DNA from: Paraspadella gotoi
Taxonomy: Eukaryota > Animalia > Chaetognatha
Assembly (NCBI GenBank): GCA_051294375.1
Contig: CM119268.1
Location: 6,861,731 to 6,925,334, forward strand
Direction of reading: 5' to 3'
DNA: 63,604 nucleotides
Below, piece by piece: positions 23,921 through 35,900 of the stretch. The notes under the pieces were generated by a model that made no database searches, had not been told where the DNA came from, and worked only from the letters and a program-made list of their open reading frames with translations. Position 1 is the first letter of the stretch, and each line of letters opens with the position of its first letter. Made by a program: the position numbers and the translations under genes.

Positions 23921-25774
23921 TCCCCCGCCTCTCCCTCTCCTCTTTCTCGTGTGCTTTCTGCGTCAGAACTTAATTGTTTTTTCCTCTCCTTTCTCTTGTC
24001 TTCTCCTGCAACGCGATTCCTTTCGGCCTTGGATTAATGTGAAACACTTTTTTTTCGAGATGCATCCGTGACAAGAGAGACTGCTCATTGTTGAACACGT
24101 CCTTCGTTTTTTTTTTTCCAGGGTCATGTAGTGTCATTATGATATTTTGTCTCTATAGTTAATCCAGCTGCCTTAATGTCCTAACTGTACCCGTAGCGGG
24201 CATTACCCAAGTTTACCCCAGCCAATAAACATTATCTTATTAGTCTACACCACGTTTGTTAATTGAGGAAGGCTATCAGCGTTGGACGATATGGCACGTA
24301 GTTTAATACTAGTCCGTATTTAATTTACATGAAGCGTGAGGACGGCCGTACGATGGAGCTTGGCAAGCCGCAAGGATGGTTCTTACTTCTTAGCCCAAGA
24401 CTCGATCCCATGACGATTCCAGGAGTGGGTAAAGAATACAGATATTCAGCCCAAAGAGCACCTAATCCATAAAACTACTTAAAATTAAAACATATATATA
24501 CAATATAGTATGTACAATTATATACATTTTTCTAAAAATATAATTCTAAAATAAACGATGCGTCCGACGTTCTTTCCCGTTTCTTCATTTCTCTTTAAAT
24601 TTCTCCCGTTTTTTCCCCCGAAGATGATTATTATTAAAAGAAGTCGCTGACTCTGAATATGAATGGTTTTTCTCTGTCCTCGACTTAATTGCGAAGAGAC
24701 GCTTGGCGCTGGGAATTATTCGGTCAACGTTTGCCTTAAGTAGTTTAAGATGGATGGTTTGTGTATACTACACTATTATTTCAAAGTCGTTTCGGTTGTT
24801 TAACCTGTAAAAAGTATAGTCTTTTATCCGTCAGGTTCTTCGCCAAGCGGAGTAAAATTCTTGATGACTAAAGCGTGTTCACTGTACACTGAAAACTCCG
24901 TTTTTTTAAAATTAGCTTCATTGCCGACGTGGTCATTGTTTACAAGGTTACGGCGACGTAATTATCATCGTTCACAACTTAACGGCGTTATTGTCGTCAT
25001 TGTTTACAAATGCTCAGATGGTATTTCTCAGCGCCATTGTAGACAATGTTCAAATTAAGGGTATCTTCATTATTCAAAACGTTCAGGCGTCGTCCTAATC
25101 GATGTTTATATCACAAAACCATCGTAGTCATTGTTGACAATGTCCAAATAGCGGTTATCGTCCCTATTTACAACGTCACGGCGTCTTAATCGTCAACAAT
25201 GTCAACATCGTCCGTCATCTTCGTCTCCCCGTCTCTCTGTCATGTCCAACGTCTTTTCTCAAGTCGACGATCGACGAAATTCGTCCTCGATAATTCGAGT
25301 CGCGACTTGAGGAAGGAAAGGAAAAAAAGGATAGGAAAGGAAAAAAGGAAAGGAAAAAAGGAAAGGAAAAAAAGGAAGGAATATCGGAGAAAAGTAGAAG
25401 GAAGAAAAGAATAAAGTGAATGAAGTGAAATTAACACGGAAAAGGAAAAGAAAACGGAAAATGAATTATGAAAAAGAAAAAAAAGTTAAAAAAGGAAAGT
25501 AAATGAAAACTAAAAAAAAGTAGAAGCAAAAAAAAAAAAAAAAAAAAAAAAAGAAGAAGAAAAGAAGTTGTGGAAGGAGAGGATAGAAAATCCGGTAATA
25601 GGGGAGGAAATACTAAAAACCCAGAGGAAAGAACCACCGGGTGCCTTTTGTTTTCTTTTTTAACAAGAAACAAAAAGACATCGAAATAGACAACGCAAGA
25701 TGGCGAAAAGTGGAGACAAAAGATTCGACGAAAAAAAAGGGAAAACGAGCGGAGGAAAAAAAAAAAGAAATCTG

Positions 25775-25821
<47 letters not shown>

Positions 25822-25997
25822 TCGGTCGACCGATTCGCTGTCAGGTATCAAAGACGCAATTTGTCATTCAGCGTGGAGCTCTCAAGAAGAAGAGATCCGG
25901 GCTTCGATGCAAGCTTTTCGAATCTTTCCCTCCTTCCATCTCTCTCATCTCTCTGCTCTCTCATCTCTCCTCTGCTCTCTCTGCTCCTCTCTTCTCC

Positions 25998-26036
<39 letters not shown>

Positions 26037-27125
26037 CGAATTTGTCTTTGCATACAATCATACGTTAGGCAAGAGACGTTATCGAGTTTTCGCAAGTCGT
26101 CCAGTATTTAAAGCTTATTCTTGCATTGGCGTTTCTTAGCCGTGCAAGTAATGATTTGTGGCTTTTCGAAAAAAGTTAACACGCCACTTTTTATATTATT
26201 AAATGTCACTTCGAAGTAGTTATAAATAATTTTGACTAATGCCCAATGCCTTTGTTGGTGAAAGTTTGAAAAGTAAGTCAAACGGAATTGATATAGGATA
26301 TATAGGATATAGGTAAAGTAGTTGGTTGTTGTGAAAAAACATCGAAAAATATCAAATACGGAGAATTCAAAATCTCTCTCTCTACTATTCTTTAACCTTC
26401 ATTCTTTTCTTTTGCGGTCGATTACCGAAGAGGAAAATGGAGGATAAGAAAAAAATTAGCGAGCATAAATTTTCCTCTCGTCGTTTTCGTTGTCGTCGCT
26501 CGCTCGTGCGTCGTCGCGTGGCTATCTTCTTCGTTGTCGTCCTAGATTTACAGTGTCTTTTTTTAGAAACAACATGACATTCGTTTGCGTTTTTTTTAAA
26601 TGCTTAATTTAATGATTTTCCATTTAATTATGATGTTAGAAATGTGATATTAATTTAACCTTTTTTTCACCTTTTTGGCGCTGAGGTTGAGGAGAGCGCC
26701 TCTATTAATGGCACTAGAGAGAGTGAGTAGACAGAGAGCGAGATCCTTATGATCTATAAGTTCAACGTAAAAGATTAGAAAAACAAGTAGCGACGAGAAA
26801 AAAGCGCGATCAATCATATCATCGAAACTCAGCGCGAAGGTAAGGGTACCGTGTGAGGAGCGAAGAGAAGAAACGACATAAATAGAAAAGAGGCGCACCG
26901 GCTGCCAAAACAGAGAACGAGAGAGAGGAGAGAGAGCAGCAGAGAGATGCGAGAGGGACTGAGAATGAGAGAGAGAGGAGAGAGAGAGGAGAGAGAGAGA
27001 GAGAGAGAGACCGAGAGAGAGCCGAGGGAGGAGCTCAGCCCTCAAGCCCCGGCGAGCGAGAGCAGAGAAGAGAGATGTATAAAGGGAATGGAGAATGAGA
27101 GAAGAGAGCTGGCGAAAAGATCAGC

Positions 27126-27754
27126 NNNNNNNNNNNNNNNNNNNNNNNNNNNNNNNNNNNNNNNNNNNNNNNNNNNNNNNNNNNNNNNNNNNNNNNNNNN
27201 NNNNNNNNNNNNNNNNNNNNNNNNNNNNNNNNNNNNNNNNNNNNNNNNNNNNNNNNNNNNNNNNNNNNNNNNNNNNNNNNNNNNNNNNNNNNNNNNNNNN
27301 NNNNNNNNNNNNNNNNNNNNNNNNNNNNNNNNNNNNNNNNNNNNNNNNNNNNNNNNNNNNNNNNNNNNNNNNNNNNNNNNNNNNNNNNNNNNNNNNNNNN
27401 NNNNNNNNNNNNNNNNNNNNNNNNNNNNNNNNNNNNNNNNNNNNNNNNNNNNNNNNNNNNNNNNNNNNNNNNNNNNNNNNNNNNNNNNNNNNNNNNNNNN
27501 NNNNNNNNNNNNNNNNNNNNNNNNNNNNNNNNNNNNNNNNNNNNNNNNNNNNNNNNNNNNNNNNNNNNNNNNNNNNNNNNNNNNNNNNNNNNNNNNNNNN
27601 NNNNNNNNNNNNNNNNNNNNNNNNNNNNNNNNNNNNNNNNNNNNNNNNNNNNNNNNNNNNNNNNNNNNNNNNNNNNNNNNNNNNNNNNNNNNNNNNNNNN
27701 NNNNNNNNNNNNNNNNNNNNNNNNNNNNNNNNNNNNNNNNNNNNNNNNNNNNNN

Positions 27755-27788
<34 letters not shown>

Positions 27789-29054
27789 ACACCCTATAAT
27801 ACTGTCTGTCTCACGCAGGGGAAAATCGATAACAGAGAAAGAGAAAAAAAAAACAACAATAAATTCAAAGTTTGAAACGTCATTAAGATTACGACTTAAT
27901 GGTTGGTTCTTGAGTCATTACTCCAAAGGGCCGACGTGATAAAATTGTTAATGTTAAAATGAATCAAAGGGGAAAATAGTATATTCATGTTTTTTTNNNN
28001 NNNNNNNNNNNNNNNNNNNNNNNNNNNNNNNNNNNNNNNNNNNNNNNNNNNNNNNNNNNNNNNNNNNNNNNNNNNNNNNNNNNNNNNNNNNNNNNNNNNN
28101 NNNNNNNNNNNNNNNNNNNNNNNNNNNNNNNNNNNNNNNNNNNNNNNNNNNNNNNNNNNNNNNNNNNNNNNNNNNNNNNNNNNNNNNNNNNNNNNNNNNN
28201 NNNNNNNNNNNNNNNNNNNNNNNNNNNNNNNNNNNNNNNNNNNNNNNNNNNNNNNNNNNNNNAGAGAGAGAGAGAGAGAGAGATTAAAAAGATAAAGAAA
28301 AAGAGGATTTAAAAAATATGCAAAATGTGACATTTAGTCGAGACCAGTCAAAAAATTATCCTTTGTCTTCAGTCTTGCTGTATTATTATTCTCAGCTGCT
28401 GAGCAGCAGTTGCGACTTCATAATCTGTGGCTCTGTGGGTCCCCTATATAATTTTTACCGGCTAGTTATCAAAAAAGCAAGATATGTTTGAGTACTTTAT
28501 TGAAAAAAANNNNNNNNNNNNNNNNNNNNNNNNNNNNNNNNNNNNNNNNNNNNNNNNNNNNNNNNNNNNNNNNNNNNNNNNNNNNNNNNNNNNNNNNNNN
28601 NNNNNNNNNNNNNNNNNNNNNNNNNNNNNNNNNNNNNNNNNNNNNNNNNNNNNNNNNNNNNNNNNNNNNNNNNNNNNNNNNNNNNNNNNNNNNNNNNNNN
28701 NNNNNNNNNNNNNNNNNNNNNNNNNNNNNNNNNNNNNNNNNNNNNNNNNNNNNNNNNNNNNNNNNNNNNNNNNNNNNNNNNNNNNNNNNNNNNNNNNNNN
28801 NNNNNNNNNNNNNNNNNNNNNNNNNNNNNNNNNNNNNNNNNNNNNNNNNNNNNNNNNNNNNNNNNNNNNNNNNNNNNNNNNNNNNNNNNNNNNNNNNNNN
28901 NNNNNNNNNNNNNNNNNNNNNNNNNNNNNNNNNNNNNNNNNNNNNNNNNNNNNNNNNNNNNNNNNNNNNNNNNNNNNNNNNNNNNNNNNNNNNNNNNNNN
29001 NNNNNNNNNNNNNNNNNNNNNNNNNNNNNNNNNNNNNNNNNNNNNNNNNNNNNN
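27126..29054. other. Cluster of assembly gaps (others at 8341-8365, 33886-33895, 61932-61956, 62199-62375, 62669-62973)
   Basis: N runs; several abut (AG)n or poly-A tracts. Confidence 0.99.
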
Positions 29055-29450
29055 AAAAGAGGAGATTCTACACGATATGCATAGGGTGACTTTGGGACAA
29101 ATTCTCTCGAACTCCAATCAAGGTTGGCTCTGGCTGCGGATTTTGAGCAGATGCGGCGCGGCCGCTGCTGCTGAATCTCAGCGTCCGTGGAGAGGCGCTT
29201 CGACTGCTGCTCTCGGTTGTCGGTTGTATTCGGAATAACTGGAATAAGGAGAGTGGGCCGGGTTCTTGCGGTGACTAGTCGGTGAGGCTGTCGAGTTCAC
29301 TGACTCTTGTCACATTGAGCGATGTGAACGTTCAGAAAGACTCAGTTACGCAGAAATTTATAACGTCTTTTATCGTAGTCGTCGTTGTCTTGATCAAGAA
29401 GGTAAGTTTTGTCTTGGGCATGTTCGACTTCGTCGTCGTCTTTATCGTCG

Positions 29451-32400
29451 TCACCTGTTCGGGCTTTCCCTTCCGCTCGACCAGGTGGTGATTCCCCGAT
29501 TGAGGGTTCGTTCGTCGTCCTCGAAGGCGCTCCATCGCTTCAACTCGTCCACCTTCTGCATGAACCTTTCCACGACAACAACGATAATATCAAAGATTAA
29601 AAATTAAAATTACAAAAAAGAAAACAAAAAAACAAAACAAAAAAACAAAACCAAAAACGGAAAAAATACCTTAATTCGTCATCTTGTCTAAATAATGAAT
29701 TTGGAACTTCAGAACGTAAACAAAACCAAAGAAAAAAAAATATGAAACCAACAAAACAGTCTCAACAAATAAGACAAACGTAACAAAAAACCTAAAACAA
29801 AACAAAGAAAAAAATAAACGAAATAATTAGTATGAACAAAGTAAACGAAATAAACAAAAAACAAAAAAAAACAACAACAAAAAACCTAAAACAAAACAAA
29901 GAAAAAACAAATTAAAAAAAACCCAAAAATAAACAATATAAAACAAAAAGAGGTCTCCATTCTCACTCTCCGGGCGTGAGGATCTCGTCTCCACCGATAA
30001 GAACATTGGCGCCGGTGGCCGCGGCGACGTTGTGCGCGGCGTGAATCTCGGCGAAGGTCAGTCCGCCCACGAAGCAGATGACGATCGTCTTCGCGGATCG
30101 ATGACGTCCGAGGGAGCGACGGTTGGCGGAGACGGGGCCGCCGACGCCGCCGACGCCGCCGATTGGTCAGCCGTGCCGTTCCGATTCCTGGTCGGGTAGT
30201 CGTCGGAGTCGGAGGGGGGGGGTGAGATGGGACGAGGGAAATGCGGGGCGGAGTCAGGCGCTTCGTCAGTTTTATTTTCCATCTCGTTTCGATCGTCGAC
30301 CGACCGCGCTCAGAATCGAGACCGCCGACTCACTCGGAATTTGCTGCAGCCCCGCCTGCGCCCTCTCGATGTCCGCGTTTGGCATCACCGAGAATTTGTC
30401 TTCGCCAAGCGTCCCGTCGACGGCGCTCTCCGCCACGTCTTGGATGTAGGGCACCCATCTGTAAGAATCTATATTTTTAATTAAACAAGTCAATCTGTAA
30501 ACATTTTTTTTTAAGATTAATATTTCAGGACATAGAAGCATCTGTACATGCGAAGAGACGTTTGATATTTGGAAATCAACATTTTATATTTAGGGATTCC
30601 ATCTGTCAAAAAAATTCATTTGTAAAAACGTTTGACGCTTTAAGAATCCCACTCGATCAGTGGCCCTCCCGGACGAGCCACTCGACCTGGAAGACTCATA
30701 CTGCCCGACGACTTTTCTCTCTTTGACGTGCGGCCGATTGTGCGCGGCCCGACGTCGCGTCAACACGTTGATCCCCAAAAAGGAAAGGTTGATGATGAGG
30801 CCTTTGTAGCTGCGGGTCATTGAACGAAGTCAATTCAACTGTGATCTTTTTAGCTGACGCGATGCTCGAGGCGCACCTCTTGGAGATGTCGCAGCCTTCG
30901 AAGATCTTGTCGATGTCGCTCTCGGGCGAACCGTTCTTGAGGATGACGTAGAGCATCACCAGTCGAAGCTTCTCCGTGGTCGAGAGGTCCTTGTCCGTGA
31001 AGAAGGGCGCCAGTTGCACCATCAGGCTTGTGAGTTGAGATTCGGCGGGAAAAAGGGCCGAAGCGATGAAAGCGAGGGGGGAAACAAAATTAATGATCGA
31101 ATGAATTCGCGAAAGAATTAATAAATGATTGAAAGAATTGACGAGTGAGTGCATCAAAGGTGGAATCTAAACCAAGGAATCGAATCGGATTCTTATCGGA
31201 ATCAAACCGGATCAGAGACTCGGATGAAATCAACCAAGAACTCACTGATTGGACGAATCACCTCCGGAATCGACCAATGAGAAGAGGGGCTTCGTGCCAT
31301 CGGGAAGAGAACCCATGTCGATGATACGATGGCTCTGTTTAAATACTGACCTTTTCTGTATTGATTCAATATGCCTGTAAATTCTCACACCGTTCTTGGC
31401 TTGTGAAATATTTGTCAATAAATTCCACCTTTGGTTTTCATGTTGAAATCTCTGTCTACTTACTTAAATGTGGTGGCAGTGGTGGGATTCGAACTACTTA
31501 CTTAAATGAGTGAATGCGCTTACGCCCTCATGTTGGAAAGAGAAAATTCGCAAAGCTTCCCGAAGCAAATACACTATGGTGGACTAAAACCCACCAACCG
31601 TTCATCAGCGGCCATTGGTGCCGGAGGCAAGTCATTCGCCTCCCAACCCAAAGGTCCGGGGTTCTAGCCCGGTGGTCGTCTGGCAGTTAAGAGGGACCGG
31701 GCACTTAACCCTCCTGTATCATGGTGTTACAGCCTGATCCGAAGCTCAGGGACTGCTTATATTGAACGGTTCTATCACTAACTCATAACAACAATTACTG
31801 TCTCTTTAACACTTTTAATATATGATTCAGAAAAACCGAACTCAGGAATTTATTAATTGATTAATTGATTAATTGATTAATTGATTTTTTATCAATTGAT
31901 TAATTAAAGGATCCTAAACTCACGATTGAATCGGTTTTCCCGACGGAAATTCGACTCCCGTCGCGATATTCTGTTCCGCTTGAATAATTTTGAGCAGCCC
32001 CGACTTCAGCCTTCGTAAACAAACGGGGTTTGTAGATATTACGATAGCAGTATGTATGTTAAAAAGTAAATGTATATTCAGAAAAAACGCGATAAGTCAA
32101 CCAATCTCCACAGCGGTCGGCCTCACTGGGCCATGCACATCTTGAGAATCCCCATGTGAAGTGAGAACTCCGTGATCTCCTTGTGATATTGGGGAAAGTC
32201 TTTGAGAATCTGCGCCATGTCTTGCAGGGTCGGATTGTCCTTTTGTATCATGTGGTGCTCGACGAGGAAACTGGTGAACTGATATAGAGGGCGGACCAAG
32301 CAATGGTTGCCTTTTTGTTTTGGGAATCTACGGCGAGATTTCGATGACGACAATGACAACAGATAAATAAACAAACAATAAACAAACATTGGAATAAAAG

Positions 32401-34453
32401 CTCTGCAGTCGTATAAACATAAAGAACTAAAGATAAAACATCAAAACGAAGACGACAACAACGACGACAACCTTAGACGGCAAGACCGAGGCTGCGTCGG
32501 CGACGTGAAGGTGACGGATGCTATCCCACAAGAGATCGTCCGTCTCGTCCAGTTTGACGAGTCGTTTGTTGACATCCCCGTGGGCGTTGGTGTATTCGTA
32601 CTGAGAGGGGGGTGGGCAGGGGGGGGAGAGCGAAATCGGAAAAAAACGAAATACGAATGTGAAAGTATCGCCACAACTTGGATTAGGTCGACCGGCTAGT
32701 CCCTCTTCATTGAAGTTGTAGTCGGGCATAGCAAAGTTCACCCCGCCTCTAAACATGACACCTTCAGTCGTGACCCGGTGGCTATGCCCGACTACAAAGT
32801 CTTCAATGAAGAGTCTTCATGGCGAGAACCCAAAAAAGGAATCCTGAAATATCTTCGAAACGCAAATTGGATTGAAATCGCTACAAATTCTCTGACGAGT
32901 GACGGGGTAAACACGAAACACTGCCCGTTACATTCGCTGTCTAAGAGCACTATTAAAAGTAATTAAATACTGTAGCGTACTAGAATGAAATCAAACGTAG
33001 AAGTAAATTGTTGAAGAATCAGATGATGTTCTTGAATTTTCCCGAACGCTTCACTCTCTCCCCCCACGCTCGGCTTAACACTCTCCGCACACCATCTCGA
33101 CACCCTCCCCAACCACCTTCCCCCCCTCTCAACCGCCCCCCCGCACTTCGTAGTATCCTTTCTTGATGGGGAGGATGTCGTTGACGAAGGCTTCGAGCGC
33201 CATCGAGTGCAGCAGCGGCGTCACGGTGTCGACGCTGCGTTCCACGACGATCATGATGCTGTCGCCGGGGATTCCGTTGCCGAGTTGACCTTCTAGATAA
33301 GCCGTTTCTAACTTCTAAGAGGAGGAGGTGGAATAGGGAGGTGAAAGAGGAGGAGGAGGAGGAAGAAGATGTCATGTAACGAATGTCAGAAGAATGTCAA
33401 GGAGCCGCTCAGACGCCAATATCGAAGTCGACGACGACGACGACGACGATGAAAACAACTCCAGCGACCAGGGCGAGACAGGTACTAGTTTTCAATGTGT
33501 TCTCAAGAAAAATAAATACCAACTCGTCGATTAAAAAACGACGACAACGACTAGACAAAAAAACAAAAGCCGACAGGAATACGACTTCAACCACGAAAGC
33601 AACAATAACGCCAACTCGTCTTTTTCGTTTAAATCAACTAACTTTGTTCGTGAGTTGAGCCACGTTGAAAGCCATGGCCGATCCTATCAAAGGGCAAACG
33701 TAATAATCATTTATCTTATCCGAATCGCGAGGCTGTTCCTTTGTTTTTTTCTTTTTTCCTTTTCAAAGAGACAAGCAACGACCCTGGTAGTGAATCTTGG
33801 GATAATTGCCGATGGTTTGGAAGAGAGAGAGGATTTTGTCGGACATGATGTCGATGGCCTCTTGTTGACGCAGAGGATTCGCCACNNNNNNNNNNATGTC
33901 GTAAAAGTTTCGCTTCATGTTGCAGTCGAAGACTTGACTCTCTTTGGGGTAAAAGGCCAGGTTTAACTCCTGGGCGGATTGGGGAAGAGAGGGAGAGAGA
34001 GAGGGAAGGGAGGGGGGGAAGATAGGAAGAGATAGAAGGGCAAAGGGATTTTAGTCAATCCGCATCGGCATTGTAGTTTTCAAAAGGATCGGCGTCGAAG
34101 AAAGGTTGGAAACAAATGTCGCTTCCAGAAGAAGTTCATCCCTCGCTTTTAAACTGTATAAAGTCCAGAAATAACTGATTTCCTGTTTCTTGAACCCGGC
34201 TTCATTTAAATTTCATTATGTTTTTTTTCCACCTCTAAAGTCAGGATGTAATCCATCTATAATTCAGACCATCAAAATCCGGATGTAATTCATTCCTTAT
34301 TCTCTCAACCTTTAAAGTCCGGATGTAACTGGCGACCGGGCTAGCGGCGATGGCGTCGAAGAGGTTTGGTCTGAGGCGCCGAGTGAAGTAGACGTGCGCG
34401 CATTTGTAAAGGGGTTGGGGGGGAGCGGAAGTCGTCGATGAGATGGAGGACCT

Positions 34454-34548
<95 letters not shown>

Positions 34549-35093
34549 AAAAGAAGAAAGAAAAAAAGACAGCAGGAAAGAAAGTAAGAAAAAACGAAGG
34601 AAAGATAGAACGAAAGAAAGAGAAAGAATGAAAGAAAGAAAGAGAGAAAGCAAGAAAGAAAGAAAGAAAGAAAATGGAAAGACAAAAGAGACAAAAAAAT
34701 ACTGGAGAAAGAGAAATCCCTCGTCCCCTTTCCCGCACCGAGTCTTCGCAGGGCATGATGACGTAAATGGCCTCCAAATTCTGGAGCGGCTTTCGACGAA
34801 CTTCCAGATTCTCGATGAGGGCGACGCGTCGTTGACCCAACTCGTGCATCCGCATGCAAGAGTTGAGGATCTCGGTTCCCATAGTGTCGACCACCATGAC
34901 GAAGAGGCCGAAGCTGCGACCCGCGGAACCAGGCGATTGATTGCTGCAAAGATTTACAGATTCCTTCTTGGATGTTCCTTCGAATATATTTTTTTTTAAT
35001 TATATGAAATTTTGGAATGAGAAACCTTGAAGAATTGGTTTTTCCTTGTTTTTCTCCCTTCCTTTTTATGTTTTTCCTATTTTTCTTTCTTTG

Positions 35094-35125
<32 letters not shown>

Positions 35126-35900
35126 TTTCTTTTTTTCTTTCTTTCTTTTCCTTTCTTTTTCTTTCTTTCTTTCTTTCTTCTTTCTTTCTTTCTTTCTTTC
35201 TTTCTTTTCTTATTCTGATTTCTTGTTTTTGTTTGTTTTGTGTATTTTGTATATTTTTGTTATTTATTTTTTGTTGTGTGTTTTTTATATGTACTTGGTT
35301 GTTTTGATAGTTTTATTTGTTTTCTGTGTGCTATCTGCTGCTATGCTTTTTGTATTTTTTTGTTGATTCTTGTTCTTATCTTTTCTTTTCTTTTCTTTCC
35401 TCTCCCTCCCTTTTATTTCTTTATTCCTTTTCTTTTTATTTCTTGTTTCCTGTCATATTTCCTCACCTTTTGATCCGCTATCCTGACCCTTTCTCTCTCA
35501 CCCCTCCACCCCTCCACCCCCCCAACCCACTTCTTTGCGATGAGCTTCTCATTGACTCCGTGATCGAAAATCTCGGTGATTATCTTCGCTTTCACGATTC
35601 GTTTCAAGTTGATCACGTTGTCGTCGTCGCCCTTCCAGTCTTCCCTCGACGGGCTTTGTTGTGGGCGAAGGCCAATCACTCGCGCCAATCAGTCGCGTCA
35701 ATTAATCACGCCAATCAGTCGCGTCAATTAATCACGCCAATCAAGTCAATAACATCACAGACGCTATTCAAGGATTTATACATTTATTTTACTCGTGGAT
35801 CCATTTATCGATCGATTGATTGATTGATTAATTCATTCGTTAAACCATTCGTTTATTCCTTCATTCATTCATCATTGGTGACTTACGCCAAATTTATCAT
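29451..35900 (-). CDS. unc-18: Sec1/Munc18 (SM) family syntaxin-binding protein, Munc18/unc-18/Rop-like, divergent; 15 coding exons
   Basis: Exons on the minus strand: 35887-35900 (tentative ATG), 35531-35653, 34739-34943, 34310-34451, 33783-33969, 33643-33683, 33147-33314, 32472-32600, 32127-32278, 31924-32010, 30877-31026, 30687-30809, 30334-30458, 29967-30187, 29451-29565. All are GT-AG and phase-compatible, except for single-base frame breaks in 34310-34451 and 29967-30187. Peptides follow Munc18 colinearly: NLKRIVKAKI; VMVVD..SCMRMHEL..LIENLEVRRKPLQNLEAIYVIMP; YKCAHVYFT; ELNLAFYPKESQVF; NYPKIHYQG; IVVERSVDTVTPLLH; LDETDDLLWDSIRHLHVAD; LQDMAQILKDFPQYHKE..SLH; EQNIATG; EKLRLVMLYVILKNG; YESSRWVPYIQDVAE; IVICFVGGLTFAE..VLIGGDEILTPGEF. 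Confidence 0.93.
31608..31795 (+). mobile_element. tRNA-derived SINE (tRNA-Gly(CCC)-like head) in an intron of the SM gene
   Basis: Acceptor-like pair GCGGCCA..TGGTCGT, A-box-like TGGTGCCGGAGG, TCGCCTCCCA anticodon region, degenerate B box GGTTCTAGCCC, then a non-tRNA body and an (AAC)n-like tail. Confidence 0.55.
32703..32813. mobile_element. Small hairpin/MITE-like inverted repeat in an SM intron
   Basis: CTCTTCATTGAAG-TTGTAGTCGGGCATAGC (32703-32732) vs GCTATGCCCGACTACAA-AGT-CTTCAATGAAGAG (32781-32813). Confidence 0.65.

Noticed and set aside
26947-29117. ORFs of 200-280 aa spanning X runs
   Set aside because: Artefacts of N gaps
32892-32945. Second hammerhead-like motif CTGACGA-GTG..CAC-GAAA
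   Set aside because: Stem II is only 3 bp, and no cleavage triplet gives both stem I and stem III; likely chance
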